From: Macrostomum lignano
Lineage: Eukaryota
Assembly: GCA_002269645.1 (NCBI GenBank)
Contig: NIVC01000363.1
Coordinates: forward strand, 496,001-560,000
Direction: 5' to 3'
DNA: 64,000 nt
Part shown: in pieces, positions 43,471 through 57,500 of the stretch
How positions within the stretch are numbered: position 1 is the first letter of the stretch
How the letters are laid out: the number at the start of each line of letters is the position of its first letter
Program-made: the position numbers and the translations under genes
Notes under the pieces: generated by a model
Told to the model about the DNA's origin: nothing
Database searches by the model: none
Seen by the model: the letters and a program-made list of their open reading frames with translations, nothing else

Positions 43471-43675
43471 TTCCAGTTAGCCCGATGTCAAGATTGTGAA
43501 AGCGACCTTCTGCAAGCTTATGATTAGCAAACGTATATTAGTTGAAAGTAAAGCATTTTAAAATTGAAAGCGTTAATTTTAAGCACATAGTTTTGAGAAA
43601 AACTCTGCTACATTTAAACTATCGCAACCTGCTCAATCATTCATCATTTCTAGATACGATACTAATTTGGTTGGC

Positions 43676-46232
43676 ATGGCAACTGTTGGCAGCAGGAAAT
43701 GGCTGCCATTAATCTGCGGCCTCATTGTTGGCGCCATGGCAACTCATTTTGCTCATCTAACTACAAAAATGCTTGGTGACGGCGCCCGAGTGATGGTGAA
43801 TGCAGCTGGGTCGCAGATGAGGTCACAGCAGCTCACTGAGATGGGAAATCAGACCAATGCCAGCAGAAAATCCTTGAGCTCGCCTCAGCTGGACATTCCT
43901 GCCGAGCTGTACAAGCGAGTTCGAATCCTCTGCCTGATTATCACCCATCCTGGCAACTACGCGACAAGAGCGACGGCTGTTAATAACACCTGGGCCAGGC
44001 GGTGCAATCGGCACGTGTTTGTTGGCAGCCAGCCAACCAATCTGAGTTTGCCTTTGATGAGTGAGCGTGTTGTTTTATTAGTGCAAGTGTAATTCTGCTT
44101 TGTGCTTGTCGTACGCCAGACTTTTATGTCTGTGAGGCGCCAATCTTGATGAACTTCGAGGCGCCAATCTTGGTGCATTTGAGGCGCCAATCTTGGTGCT
44201 TTTGAGGCGCCAATCTTGGTGCATTTGAGGCGCCAATCTTTATGAAATTCGAGGCGCCAATCTTGGTGCATTTGAGGCGCCAATCTTGGTGCTTTTGAGG
44301 CGCCAATCTTGGTGCATTTGAGGCGCCAATCTTTATGAAATTCGAGGTGCCAATCTTGGTGAAATTCGAGGCGCCAATCTTGGTGCATTTGAGGCGCCAA
44401 TCTTGGTGAAATTCGAGGCGCCAATCTTGGTGCATTTGAGGCGCAAATCTTGATAAAATTTGAGGCGCCAATCTCAGTGTCTGTGTGTCTTTGCGGCTGT
44501 GAACCGCAAATCTTAGTGCATGTTAAGTGGGTTGCCAATTCAGAACTAATTTATCTGAATGCAAAAAATGCAAACTCAGGACTGAACGTCACGGAGACTC
44601 ACGACAACCTCTGGCAGAAAACGTGGATGTCTCTTGACTACGCGGAGAAGAACTTCGATCTGGACCAGTTCGACTTCATTTTCAAAGCCGACGATGACAC
44701 CTTCGCGGTGATGGAGAACTTAAGATTGATTTTGCTCCCGCTGCACCCTGAAAGGCCGAGTTTTGTAGGCCGAAAGTTCAGGTACAGCGGCGATGCCAAC
44801 AAGCCCTACATGTCAGGTGGTGCCGGGTACGCCCTGTCTCGAAGGGCACTGCGAACTTTTTTAAGTGCGGCCGTTCGAAATCCGAAATTGGATCCGTGCC
44901 AGAGGCAGCTGCGCCACTCGGAGGATTTCATGCTGGGTTGGTTTGGGAGTTTTGCTGGGTTGGTTTGGGAATTTTGCTGGGTTGGTTTGGGAATTTTGCT
45001 GGGTTGGTTTGGGAATTTTGCTGGGTTGGTTTGGGAATTTTGCTGGGTTGGTTTGGGAATTTTGCTGGGTTGTTTTGGGAATTTTGCTGGGTTGTGTTTG
45101 GGAATTTTGCTGGGTTGGTTTGGGAATTTTGCTGGGTTGGTTTGGGAGTTTTGCTGGGTTGGTTTGGGAATTTTTCTGGGTTGGTTTGGGAATTTTTCTG
45201 GGTTGGTTTGGGAATTTTGCTGGGTTGGTTTGGGAATTTTGCTGGGTTGGTTTGGGACTGTTGCTGAGAGGGTGACAGATCTAGAGAGTGAAGGATCTGG
45301 ATAGTGACAGATCTAGAGGGTGACAGATCTAGAGGGTGACAGATCTAGAGAGTGACAGATCTAGAGAGTGACAGATCTAGAGGGTGACAGATCTAGAGGG
45401 TGACAGATCTAGAGGGTGACAGATCTAGAGGGTGACAGATCTAGTGGGTGACAGATCTAGAGGGTGACAGATCTAGAGGGTGACAGATCTAGAGGGTGAC
45501 AGATCTAGAAGGTGAAACAGATCTAGTACTGATAAATCTAGAGGGTGACTGACAGCTCAAATTAACAAACCCATTCGAACCAACCCTTAGGCTCCTGTCT
45601 GAAAGGACTTGGCGTTGAGTTCATTGACAGTCGCGACTCGAGCGGCCTGGAGCGGTTCCATCCTCTGACACCGGAATACATGATTGGCTGGGGCCCCATG
45701 CCCATGCCCAAGTGGATGCACACCTTCAACTACTTCAAGTTTAAGGCTGTGAGCATCTTAATACGCTACACTCTATTCCTAATACATGTAGGCTATTTGG
45801 CAATCCATTATGCATCTTGGCTAGATTAGCAATCCATTATGCATCTTGGCTAGATTAGCAATCCATTATGCATCTTGGCTAGATTAGCAATCCATTATGC
45901 ATCTTGGCTAGATTAGCAATCCATTATGCATCTTGGCTAGATTAGCAATCCATTATGCATCTTGGCTAGATTAGCAATCCATTATGCATCTTGGCTAGAT
46001 TAGCAATCCATTCTGCATATCTTGGCTAGATTAGCAATCCACCGCCTTACCAATAATACCAACGCAGTGTCACCGCGGCTGCGTCAGCAAGGCCTCAGCC
46101 ACATTCCACTACATCAGCCAGATAGAGATGTACAAGATGGAGTTCCTGCTGTACGGCATGAGCCCCATTGGAGTCCATCTGCCCGAGACGGAAACTCGAC
46201 AGGCGATGAAGCTGCTGAGGGGAAGTCGATAA
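43676..46232 (+). CDS. C1GALT1: Core-1 beta-1,3-galactosyltransferase-like, copy C, intact, 4 exons
   Basis: Exons 43676-44060, 44580-44936, 45591-45748, 46068-46232 (phases 1,1,0). VRILCLIITHP, TWARRCNR, FKADDDTF, YMSGGAGYALS, SEDF, DSRD..RFHP, FHYI..MYKMEFLLY. Confidence 0.88.
44130..44475 (+). repeat. ~23-bp minisatellite (TTTGAGGCGCCAATCTTGGTGCA), copy C intron 1
   Basis: Tandem units; homolog at 55055-55660. Confidence 0.9.
44937..45545 (+). repeat. Copy C intron 2: 22-bp array (TTTTGCTGGGTTGGTTTGGGAA) then 16-bp array (CTAGAGGGTGACAGAT)
   Basis: 22-mer 44937-45260 starts at the splice donor; 16-mer 45270-45545. Confidence 0.93.
45800..46040 (+). repeat. 29-bp minisatellite (GCAATCCATTATGCATCTTGGCTAGATTA), copy C intron 3
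   Basis: About 8 tandem units; homolog at 57640-58045. Confidence 0.93.
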
Positions 46233-47494
46233 CGATGTGTATAAAAAGCATTTTTGTAGTTTCGAAGTGCCCGGGCATTTTTTGCTGTCAAAAATATCTT
46301 AGTTAATATTACGAGTAAATGTTCTTTCCTGATTTGAATTCTCGTTTTGTTTTTGCTTTTCAACTACTTGGAGTAGTTTAGATAAATCTATCTGTGCTGT
46401 CATTTCACAAGATAGATGCATCAAAAAAATTACTGGTTACAATTACTCGTATTTTGTTGCTATTTATTTTTGCCTTGTCTCAACTCGCGAGTCTTTTTTA
46501 TCTAATCTTAGAGAATCCCATATAATGTCATTAAATTACATCTAATCTTACCATATCCATATCATCTAATCTCACTAAATCTCATCTAATCTCACTGCAT
46601 CCTATCTAATATAACTACATTTCGTCTAATCTCATGGCATCTCATCTAAACTCACTAAATCTCATCTAATCTCACTAAAGCTTATCTAATCTCACTGAAT
46701 CTAATCTAATATCACTATATCACATCAAATCTCACTAAATCTCGTCTAATATGACTAAATTTAATCTAATTTCACTACATCTCCTCAATTCTGATATTTT
46801 TAATCAACAGGTAAGTCGGTTGATTTCTCATCTAATCTCTTCTTAAAGCTAACTTGATTTTCTTCTGTTCTCATCAAAATTCCTCACAAAATCTTATCTT
46901 ATCTCCTCTGCTCATTTAATCTCACCAAATAATCTTAGTATATTGCATCCAATCCTACCCAAGAATCTCACAATGTCTCATATCCTGTGTTTTTAATGCG
47001 ACAATCTCAGTTGCCGAAATCAGGCGAACAAAATGAATGTGCATAAATACATATGTCACATTACCTTCCTCCTCGGATGCAAGTTTATTAATCAAGAAAT
47101 TTGATATCCTCAATAATTTCTCAAGAGAATTGCAGCTGCTGTTCATTGATTTATTATTTTCGTTAGATATTGATAAAAAGTTCCCGGTGCACTCTCGAGA
47201 TAACCGATTTATTAACTGACAACTTTTTATGAGTCACCCGTTAAACAGACTCATACTTTATCCGAGGGCTCAGCTAATTGAATATAACTCGAAGCATATT
47301 GCACTTCATTTTTGCAGTCAACGGACAAGCTCACTAGATTTCCAGCCATTTTATTGATGAAGTTTCTATTGTAATGCAAATGTCTGAGCGTCTGTCCCAT
47401 TCTCTATCTATCTACTGTATCCTCTGTGCAGCCTTCATAAATGAGCAATATGGCTATAAGGTGCGCACTCGGACAGACAAGCACTAAGAAAGAC

Positions 47495-48390
<896 letters not shown>

Positions 48391-48899
48391 ACAGGCACCA
48401 ATTTGAATGTTATCAGGAGTCAAGTGGGGTGTCAAGAGGCAGTTAATTTGACTTTTATTTACTGCGTCATGATTCTACATAATTAATTTTATTGTCACCA
48501 CTGAAAAAGAAATAAGTAAGCAAAATATCCGCAATGCTGCGGCTTTTCCTAAGCAGTTAAGCAAGGCTCCAGACTCCTACACGTAATTCAAAATATTTTC
48601 AAATAATTGATTTGACTTGGTTTAAATAAATTGAAATTACGGCTGAAAAACTCTTGTTCATATAGTACTATGAGCAGTACATAGGAAGCAAGCAGTCTGA
48701 ATCAGCGAGGTTGCTTTCGCAGTCGCTTCAGTTGAGTCTGCAGTTCCTCCTTGGTTGGGTCAACGCCGAATGGCCTGACGCCGTACAGCAGGAACTCCAT
48801 CAGGTACAAATTGTCCGTGTAGTGGAAGGTGGCCGCCACGCTGCTCACGCACTTTTCTAGACACTGCGGGACACGTTCAGATGGGTGACTGTCTGCGTT

Positions 48900-48949
<50 letters not shown>

Positions 48950-49449
48950 AGTGTTTGTGTCTGTCAGTGTTTGTGTCTGTCAGTGCTCGTGTCTGTCAGT
49001 GCTCGTGTCTGTCAGTGTTTGTGTCTGTCAGTGTTCGTGTCTGTCAGTGTTTGTGTCTGTCAGTGTTTGTGTCTGTCAGTGTTTGTGTCCGTCTGTCTGT
49101 GTCTGCTCTGCTCTGTCTGTCTGTCTGTCTGTCTGCCCCAGTCCCAACCCCGCCACTCACAGCCCTGAATTTATAATAATTAAATTTCCACATCCACTGC
49201 GGCATCTCGGCGGGCCCCCAGCCGATCATGTACTCAACGTTGATGGGGTGGAACCGGTCCAAACCACCCACGTCTCGGCTGTCTACAAATTTCACGCCCA
49301 GACTTGAAAGACACGTGCCTGTAGGGATTGAAGTGGTTTTATTGTTAAATTATCATTTGAAGATGCCTACAAAAGAGACCCGACAAACTGAGAAGTCACC
49401 GAGAACTCGGATACAGAGTGACTAAGCGGCGAATAAAAAAACTCAGAAA

Positions 49450-51050
49450 CGGACTCACCCCAGACTCACCCCAGACTCACCCCAGACTCCACCCCAGACT
49501 CACCCCAGACTCACCCCCAGACTCCACCCAGACTCACCCCAGACTCCACCCCAGACTCCACCCAGACTCACCCCAGACTCCACCCAGACTCACCCCCAGA
49601 CTCCACCCAGACTCCACCCCAGACTCCACCCAGACTCACCCCAGACTCACCCCAGACTCCACCCAGACTCACCCCCAGACTCCACCCAGACTCCACCCCA
49701 GACTCCACCCAGACTCACCCCAGACTCCACCCAGACTCCACCCAGACTCACCCCAGACTCCACCCAGACTCCACCCCAGACTCCACCCAGACTCACCCCA
49801 GACTCCACCCAGACTCACCCCAGACTCCACCCCAGACTCACCCCAGACTCCACCCCAGATTCACCCCAGACTCACCCCAGACTCACACCAGACTCACCCC
49901 AGACTCCACCCAGACTCACCCCAGACTCACCCCAGACTCACCCCAGACTCACCCCAGACTCACCCCAGACTCCACCCAGACTCACCCCAGACTCTACCCA
50001 GACTCACCCCAGACTCCACCCAGACTCCACCCCAGACTCCACCCAGACTCACCCCAGACTCCACCCAGACTCCACCCCAGACTCCACCCAGACTCACCCC
50101 AGACTCCACCCAGACTCACCCCAGACTCCACCCCAGACTCCACCCAGACTCACCCCAGACTCCACCCCAGACTCACCCCAGACTCACCCCAGACTCACAC
50201 CAGACTCACCCCAGACTCACCCCAGACTCACACCAGACTCACCCCAGACTCCACCCAGACTCCACCCCAGACTCCACCCAGACTCACCCCAGACTCACAC
50301 CAGACTCACCCCAGACTCACCCCAGACTCCACCCCAGACTCCACCCAGACTCACCCCAGACTCCACCCAGACTCACCCCCAGACTCCACCCAGACTCCAC
50401 CCCAGACTCACCCCAGACTCCACCCAGACTCACCCCAGACTCCACCCAGACTCACCCCAGACTCCACCCAGACTCACCCCAGACTCCACCCCAGACTCAC
50501 CCCAGACTCACCCCAGACTCCACCCAGACTCACACCAGACTCACCCCAGACTCACCCCAGACTCACCCCAGACTCACACCAGACTCACACCAGACTCACC
50601 CCAGACTCACACCAGACTCACACCAGACTCAACCCAGACTCACACCAGACTCACACCAGACTCACCCCAGACTCACACCAAACTCACACCAGACTCACAC
50701 CAGACTCACACCAGACTCACACCAGACTCAACCCAGACTCACACCAGACTCACACCAGACTCACCCCAGACACACACCAGACTCACACCAGACTCACACT
50801 AGACTCACACAAGACTCAAGAGACTCACACCAGACTCACACTAGACTCACACTAGACTCACACCAAACTCACACCAAACTCACACCAGACTCACACCAGA
50901 CTCACACTAGACTCACACTAGACTCACACCAAACTCACACCAAACTCAAACTAGAATCACACCAGACTCACACTAGACTCACCCCAGACTCAAGAGACTC
51001 ACACCAAACTCACACCAAACTCACAACAGACTCACACCAGAACTCAGAAG
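49450..51050 (+). repeat. CCAGACT-based 10/11-bp minisatellite, copy D intron 2
   Basis: 1.6-kb array, about four times the copy A homolog. Confidence 0.95.
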
Positions 51051-51499
51051 ACACCCAGAAATCCCACGGCAGCCTCTCACCCATCTTCCAGTCCTCCGCA
51101 GTGTGCTCTTGCAGGTCGCACTCTTTGGGTGTTTAAGCCGATCGCACGGCTCTGGTCAGAAACAGTCGGACAGCAGCTCTGGACAAGACGTAGCCACTCC
51201 CGCCGGACATGTAGCTCTGCTTCGGGTCGCGATCGTAGAAAAACCACCGGCCAAGATGGACGGGCTGTCCATGATCCAACGGGGCTAACAGAAGACGGAG
51301 GTTCTCCACCACAACAAATGTGTCATCGTCTGCTTTGAGCACAAAATCGAATTGGTCTAAGTTCAACCATCGCTCTGCCCAATCGAATGACATCGAAGCC
51401 TTTTGCCACAGGTTGTTGTACACGTCCGTGAGGTTCAAGTCTTGTGTGGGAAATGGAGGGCCGTTCTCTGTCGTTTTAGACTACTATTAGTAATAGAAA

Positions 51500-51752
51500 A
51501 TTCTGCCGAGTCCCCTGAGCAGGCACACAAGCGCAAGGATACGTACGCAGTCATACGCACAGACACGCACTCACACAGGAGTGTACAGCGGCCCTAACTT
51601 TATTTATCGTTGGCCTTCAAGGCCGTTAATTGCACGAGCAGAGCCAAGCCGAGATTCCAATTTAGCCCCAAATCAATGTGCCTGTACTTGGGATCGAGCC
51701 TGAGCCGCTGGCACATCAGAGCGCCGCGCCAGACCGCTGGGCTACGGACCCC
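51500..51752 (-). mobile_element. tRNA-derived SINE-like element in copy D intron 1
   Basis: Minus strand: A box TAGCCCAGCGG (51734-51744) and B-box-like GGCTCGATCCC (51690-51700); body recurs at 32275-32460 and in part at 13025-13095. Confidence 0.6.
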
Positions 51753-52194
51753 ATCTTTTCCTAATTTTTCCAGTTAATCAAAATTCATAGAAAAACTCAC
51801 GCATTAGCGGCATGATTGCCATGGTGATAATCTTCTGTTGACTCGCGACTTCCAGTAGCCGCCGTCATCAGGACAATTTGATTGGCCAGAGCGCCGAGCA
51901 TGGCGCCTGGCGAGAAAGCGACAAATTTTCTATTGAGAACCGCGGCAGTCAGCATAGTGCTGAATGCCACTGAATTCCTGCACACACAGACGAGTGCACA
52001 AGTCTGCATATGGGAATTGCTTTGTCGATTGTCCCATAGACTATTTCATTCCTGCAGCTATTTCCATGTTTTGTTGCTGTTTGAGAGTAATAATTGCTAA
52101 AAATAGACTCTGTGCTCGTGCTCCTGCGCATTTTCCTGCACTCTGGGTCAAACTACAGCGGATCTGCTCGAACTCTCTCATTCTCAATCTCTTA

Positions 52195-52495
<301 letters not shown>

Positions 52496-52674
52496 TGAGA
52501 TAGTGGCAATGCCTGTATGACTCAGTGACAAAACCAAAATTGATATAATGAGAAAATAAGCATCAAATTATTTTATTTTATTTTCAAAACTATTCGATGG
52601 TTAAATCGCCCGGTTGAACATTCTTTAGTTTTTATTAAATTTTCAAATACACCAATAGCATCGCATGGGCTCTC

Positions 52675-54015
52675 TTCTGGCGCCCCTCTTCCTGGCGCCA
52701 CTCATCTTAGCGCCACTCTTCCTGGCGCCCCTCTTCCTAGCGCCACTCATCTTAGTGCCACTCTTCCTGGCGCCCCTCTTCCTAGCGCCACTCATCTTAG
52801 TGCCACTCTTCCTGGCGCCCTCTTCTTGGCTCCACTTTTCCTAGCGCCACTCTTCCTAGCGCCACTCTTCCTGGCGCCCCCTTCCTAGCGCCACTTTTCC
52901 TGGCGCCTCCTTCCTAGCGCCACTTTTCCCGGTGCCACTCTTCCTGGCGCCCTCTTCCTGGCTCCACTTTTCCTAGCGCCACTCTTCCTAGCGCCACTCT
53001 TCCTAGAGCTACTCTTCCTAGCGCCCCATTCCTACTTACAACGTACGGAGCGCTTTTCTGGCGCTGATTGAACTGGCGCTCCCAGTTTACTGGCGCCATT
53101 TTGATGCCCCCCACAATTTTCAGGCGTCTTAACCTCCCTTTATCCCGGTAATAAAAGGAGCCACTTGGAAGTTTAATAGAGAAAAATCGTGAAAGTTTTC
53201 TCAAGTAAAAGAAGCGCCATATTTTGCGACTTCGGCTGACTTTCTCTCACTTTGAAATTGAATTCATTTTTCGACTTTTATGCACTGCTGTATGCAAGCA
53301 ATTCTGCATAATTTTTGTGCACAAAAAATCAATAACCTAAAAAACTGCATATCAAGTTGCGAATATAAGTTATAAGTTGTGGGGGGGGACTTCTGAGGTT
53401 TGTTGGTTCAGCCCCCTCTTCCTCCGTGGGGGGTGGGGGGGGGGGGTCCGGTGCCACAGAGCACAGGTGTCAGTGAGGGAACTGTACACTGCCCCCCATG
53501 TGCCCATGCAGTACTCCCGTGACAGCTTTTTTGTTAAAAAGAATTTTCAACTACCTTAACATGCAGAAGCTCCCCAAGTTGACAATTCAAGCTTTCTTTA
53601 AACTTCAGATTTTCTGCGAATAATTATTTCTGCAAGTCTGCCGATAGCTAAAGTGAAAACTTTCACGTGAAAGTAAGTGAATTTTAGTTTAGAAGTTTAG
53701 TTCGAGTTTGCGAAGTTTTTGTTTGAGTTTTTAAAGGTTTGTTCGAGTTTGTGAAGTTTTGTTCGAGTTTGTGAAGGTTTGTTCGAGTTTGTGAAGGTTT
53801 GTTCGAGTTTGTAAAGTTTTGTTCGAGTTTGTGAAGGTTTGTTCGAGTTTGTGAAGGTTTGTTCGAGTTTGTGAAGGTTTGTTCGAGTTTGTGAAGGTTT
53901 GTTTGAGTTTGTGAAGTTTTGTTCGAGTTTGTGAAGTTTTTGTGAAGGTTTTTTCGAGTTTGTGAAGGTTGTGTTTGAGTTTGCGAAGTTTTGTTCGAGT
54001 TTGTGAAGTTTTTTT
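52675..54015 (+). repeat. Block-2 homologs of the 15-bp (52675-53030) and 21-bp (53690-54015) arrays, with diverged unique spacer
   Basis: Same units and order as 40540-43470; spacer aligns loosely to 41500-42390. Confidence 0.85.
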
Positions 54016-54044
54016 GGAATTTTAAAGTTTGTGCAGAAGTGTTT

Positions 54045-54318
54045 TTGTGGGGTTGTAGCCTCGAACTCACGAGTTGAAGGTCGGGGGTTCGATTCCACAT
54101 CGCACTCGGAACAATTTGTGTCCTTGAGCAAGACACTTAACTCTGCATTGCTTCAGTTCACCCAGCTGTAAAATGGGTGCCAGCATTAGCTGAGGTAATT
54201 GAGGCTGTGTGTGGCGGCCCCCCAGTCCTTGGACTGAACAGCCATAGCTTTGGCTGAGCTGTCGGTTGCACACCTGGCCTAATTGGGACAGTGTAATCAA
54301 TTATTTTATTATTATTGA
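54045..54318 (+). mobile_element. tRNA-derived SINE with CORE-like central domain
   Basis: B box GGTTCGATTCC (54086-54096); GTGTCCTTGAGCAAGACACTTAAC...CAGCTGTAAAATGGG (~54117-54178) resembles the CORE-SINE domain; TTA-rich tail. Absent at the homologous site of block 1. Confidence 0.65.
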
Positions 54319-54585
54319 AGTGTGAGTGCGTGAAGTTTAGCTTGAGTTTGGAGTTGGAGCTTGGGAAGTTTGCCTGTGAAAGCGAGAGTAATATTGATTT
54401 GAAAAATGAATATAGAAACGCGATATATGGCTCACATATGTCTATGGCACTGAGCCCACACGCAAGCACTTATCATTTGAGCTAACGTTCTACTTTTATC
54501 TAAATTTCGCAATAATAAAAAGATTTAAACTCACAGCTGTCGCAAAAATTCTTCAAAATTAATCTTCTAGATACGACAGTAAACT

Positions 54586-57500
54586 ATGGTTGTTGGCATG
54601 GCAACTGTTGGCAGCAGGAAATGGCTGCCATTAATCTGCGGCCTCATTGTTGGCGCCATGGCAACTCATTTCGCTCATCTAACTACAAAAATGCTTGGTG
54701 ACGGCGCCCGAGTGATGGTGAATGCAGCTGGGTCGCAGATGAGGTCACAGCAGCTCACTGTGATGGGAAATCAGACCAATGCCAGCAGAAAATCATTGAG
54801 CTCGCCTCAGCTGGACATTCCTGCCGAACTGTACAAGCGAGTTCGAATCCTCTGCCTGATTATCACCCATCCTGGCAACTACGCGACAAGAGCGACGGCT
54901 GTTAATAACACCTGGGCCAGGCGGTGCAATCGGCACGTGTTTGTTGGCAGCCAGCCAACCAATCTGAGTTTGCCTTTGATGAGTGAGCATGTTGTTTTAT
55001 TAGTGCAAGTGTAATTCTGCTTTGTGCTTGTCGTACGCCAGACTTTTATGTCTGTGAGGCGCCAATCTTGATGAAATTCGAGGCGCCAATCTTGATGAAA
55101 TTCGAGCCCCCAATCTTGGTGCTTTTGAGGCGCCAATCTTGGTGCTTTTGAGGCGCCAATCTTGGTGCTTTTGAGGCGCCAATCTTGGTGCGTTTGAGGC
55201 GCCAATCTTGGTGTCTGTGAGGCGCCAATCTTGGTGTCTGTAAGGCGCCGATCTTGGTGTCTGTGTGGCGCCATTGATGGTGTCTGTGAGACGCCAATCT
55301 TGATGAAATTCGAGTCGCCAATCTTGGTGCATTTGAGGCGTCAAACCTTAGTGCAGTTGAGGCGCCAATCTTGGTGCATTTGAGGCGTCAAACCTTAGTG
55401 CATTTGAGGCGCCAATCTTGGTGCATTTGAGGCGCAAATCTTGATAAAATTTGAGGCGCCAATCTTAGTGTCTGTGAGGCGCCAATCTTGGTGTCTGTGA
55501 GGCGCGAATCCTAGTGTCTATTAGGCGCCATTCTTGGTGTCTGTGAGGCGCCAATCTTGGTGTCTGTGAGGCGCGAATCTTAGTGTCTGTTAGGCGCCAT
55601 TCTTGGTGTCTGTGAGGCGCCAATCTTGGTGTCTGTGAAGCGCCAATCTTGGTGTCTGTGATATCTTAGTGTTGACATCTTTAGGCGAGTCACTCGCCAA
55701 TTCACATCACTGAACTCAGGACTGAACGTCACGGAGACTCACGACAACCTCTGGCAGAAAACGTGGATGTCTCTTGACTACGCGGAGAAGAACTTCGATC
55801 TGGAGCAGTTCGACTTCATTTTCAAAGCCGACGATGACACCTTCGCGGTGATGGAGAACTTAAGATTGATTTTGCTCCCGCTGCACCCTGACAGGCCGAG
55901 TTTTGTAGGCCGAAAGTTCAGGTACAGCGGCGACGCCAACAGGCCCTACATGTCAGGTGGTGCCGGGTACGCTTTGTCTCGAAGGGCACTGCGAACTTTT
56001 TTAAGTGCGGCCGTTCGAAATCCGAAATTGGATCCGTGCCAGAGGCAGCTGCGCCACTCGGAGGATTTCATGCTGGGTTAGTTTGGGAATTTTGCTGGGT
56101 TGGTTTGGGAATTTTGCTGGGTTGGTTTGGGACTGTTGCTGGGTTGGTTTGGGAGTTTTGCTGGGTTGGTTTGGGAATTTTGCTGGGTTGATTTGGGAAT
56201 TTTGCTGGGTTGGTTTGGGACTGTTGCTGGGTTGGTTTGGGAATTTTGCTGGGTTGGTTTGGGAGTTTTGCTGGGTTGGTTTGGGAATTTTGCTGGGTGT
56301 TACAGATCTAGAGGTGACAGATCTAGAGGGTGACAGATCTAGTGGTTGACAGATCTAGAGGGTGACAGATCTAGAGGGTGACAGATCTAGAGGGTGACAG
56401 ATCTAGAGGGTGACAGATCTAGAGGGTGACAGATCTAGAGGGTGACAGATCTAGAGGGTGACAGATCTAGAGGGTGACAGATCTAGAGGGTGACAGATCT
56501 AGAGGGTGACAGATCTAGAGGGTGACAGATCTAGAGGGTGACAGATCTAGAGGGTGACAGATCTAGAGGGTGACAGATCTAGAGGGTGACAGATCTAGAG
56601 GGTGACAGATCTAGAGGGTGACAGATCTAGAGGGTGACAGATCTAGAGGGTGACAGATCTAGAGGGTGACAGATCTAGAGGGTGACAGATCTAGAGGGTG
56701 ACAGATCTAGAGGGTGACAGATCTAGAGGGTGACAGATCTAGAGGGTGACAGATCTAGAGGGTGACAGATCTAGAGGGTGACAGATCTAGAGGGTGACAG
56801 ATCTAGAGGGTGACAGATCTAGAGGGTGACAGATCTAGAGGGTGACAGATCTAGAGGGTGACAGATCTAGAGGGTGACAGATCTAGAGGGTGACAGATCT
56901 AGAGGGTGACAGATCTAGAGGGTGACAGATCTAGAGGGTGACAGATCTAGAGGGTGACAGATCTAGAGGGTGACAGATCTAGAGGGTGACAGATCTAGAG
57001 GGTGACAGATCTAGAGGGTGACAGATCTAGAGGGTGACAGATCTAGAGGGTGACAGATCTAGAGGGTGACAGATCTAGAGGGTGACAGATCTAGAGGGTG
57101 ACAGATCTAGAGGGTGACAGATCTAGAGGGTGACAGATCTAGAGGGTGACAGATCTAGAGGGTGACAGATCTAGAGGGTGACAGATCTAGAGGGTGACAG
57201 ATCTAGAGGGTGACAGATCTAGAGGGTGACAGATCTAGAGGGTGACAGATCTAGAGGGTGACAGATCTAGAGGGTGACAGATCTAGAGGGTGACAGATCT
57301 AGAGGGTGACAGATCTAGAGGGTGACAGATCTAGAGAGTGACAGATCTAGAGGGTGACAGATCTAGAGAGTGACAGATCTGATGTCATCGTGTCGATTTT
57401 ATCCCCAAACCCATTCGAACCAACCCTTAGGCTCCTGTCTGAAAGGACTTGGCGTTGAATTCATTGACAGTCGCGACTCGAGCGGCCTGGAGCGGTTCCA

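Larger units (their letters stand above)
48702..51955 (-). pseudogene. C1GALT1: C1GALT1-like copy D, pseudogenised duplicate of copy A
   Basis: Exons 51801-51955 (155 nt vs 382 in copy A; frameshifting internal deletion), 51081-51440 (TCA to TAA at 51133-51135), 49161-49318, 48702-48863. Confidence 0.85.

Noticed and set aside
40494-43499. LALLF, RVAPG and FEFVKVL transmembrane- or elastin-like ORFs
   Set aside because: 15-bp and 21-bp units (multiples of 3) give periodic peptides; paralogous arrays differ greatly in length.
49418-51136. 572-aa TPDS/HPRL ORF
   Set aside because: Antisense translation of the copy D intron 2 minisatellite.
51690-51752. Functional tRNA gene
   Set aside because: A and B boxes present, but no acceptor or anticodon stem pairing seen and it is joined to a dispersed repeat body; called SINE instead.
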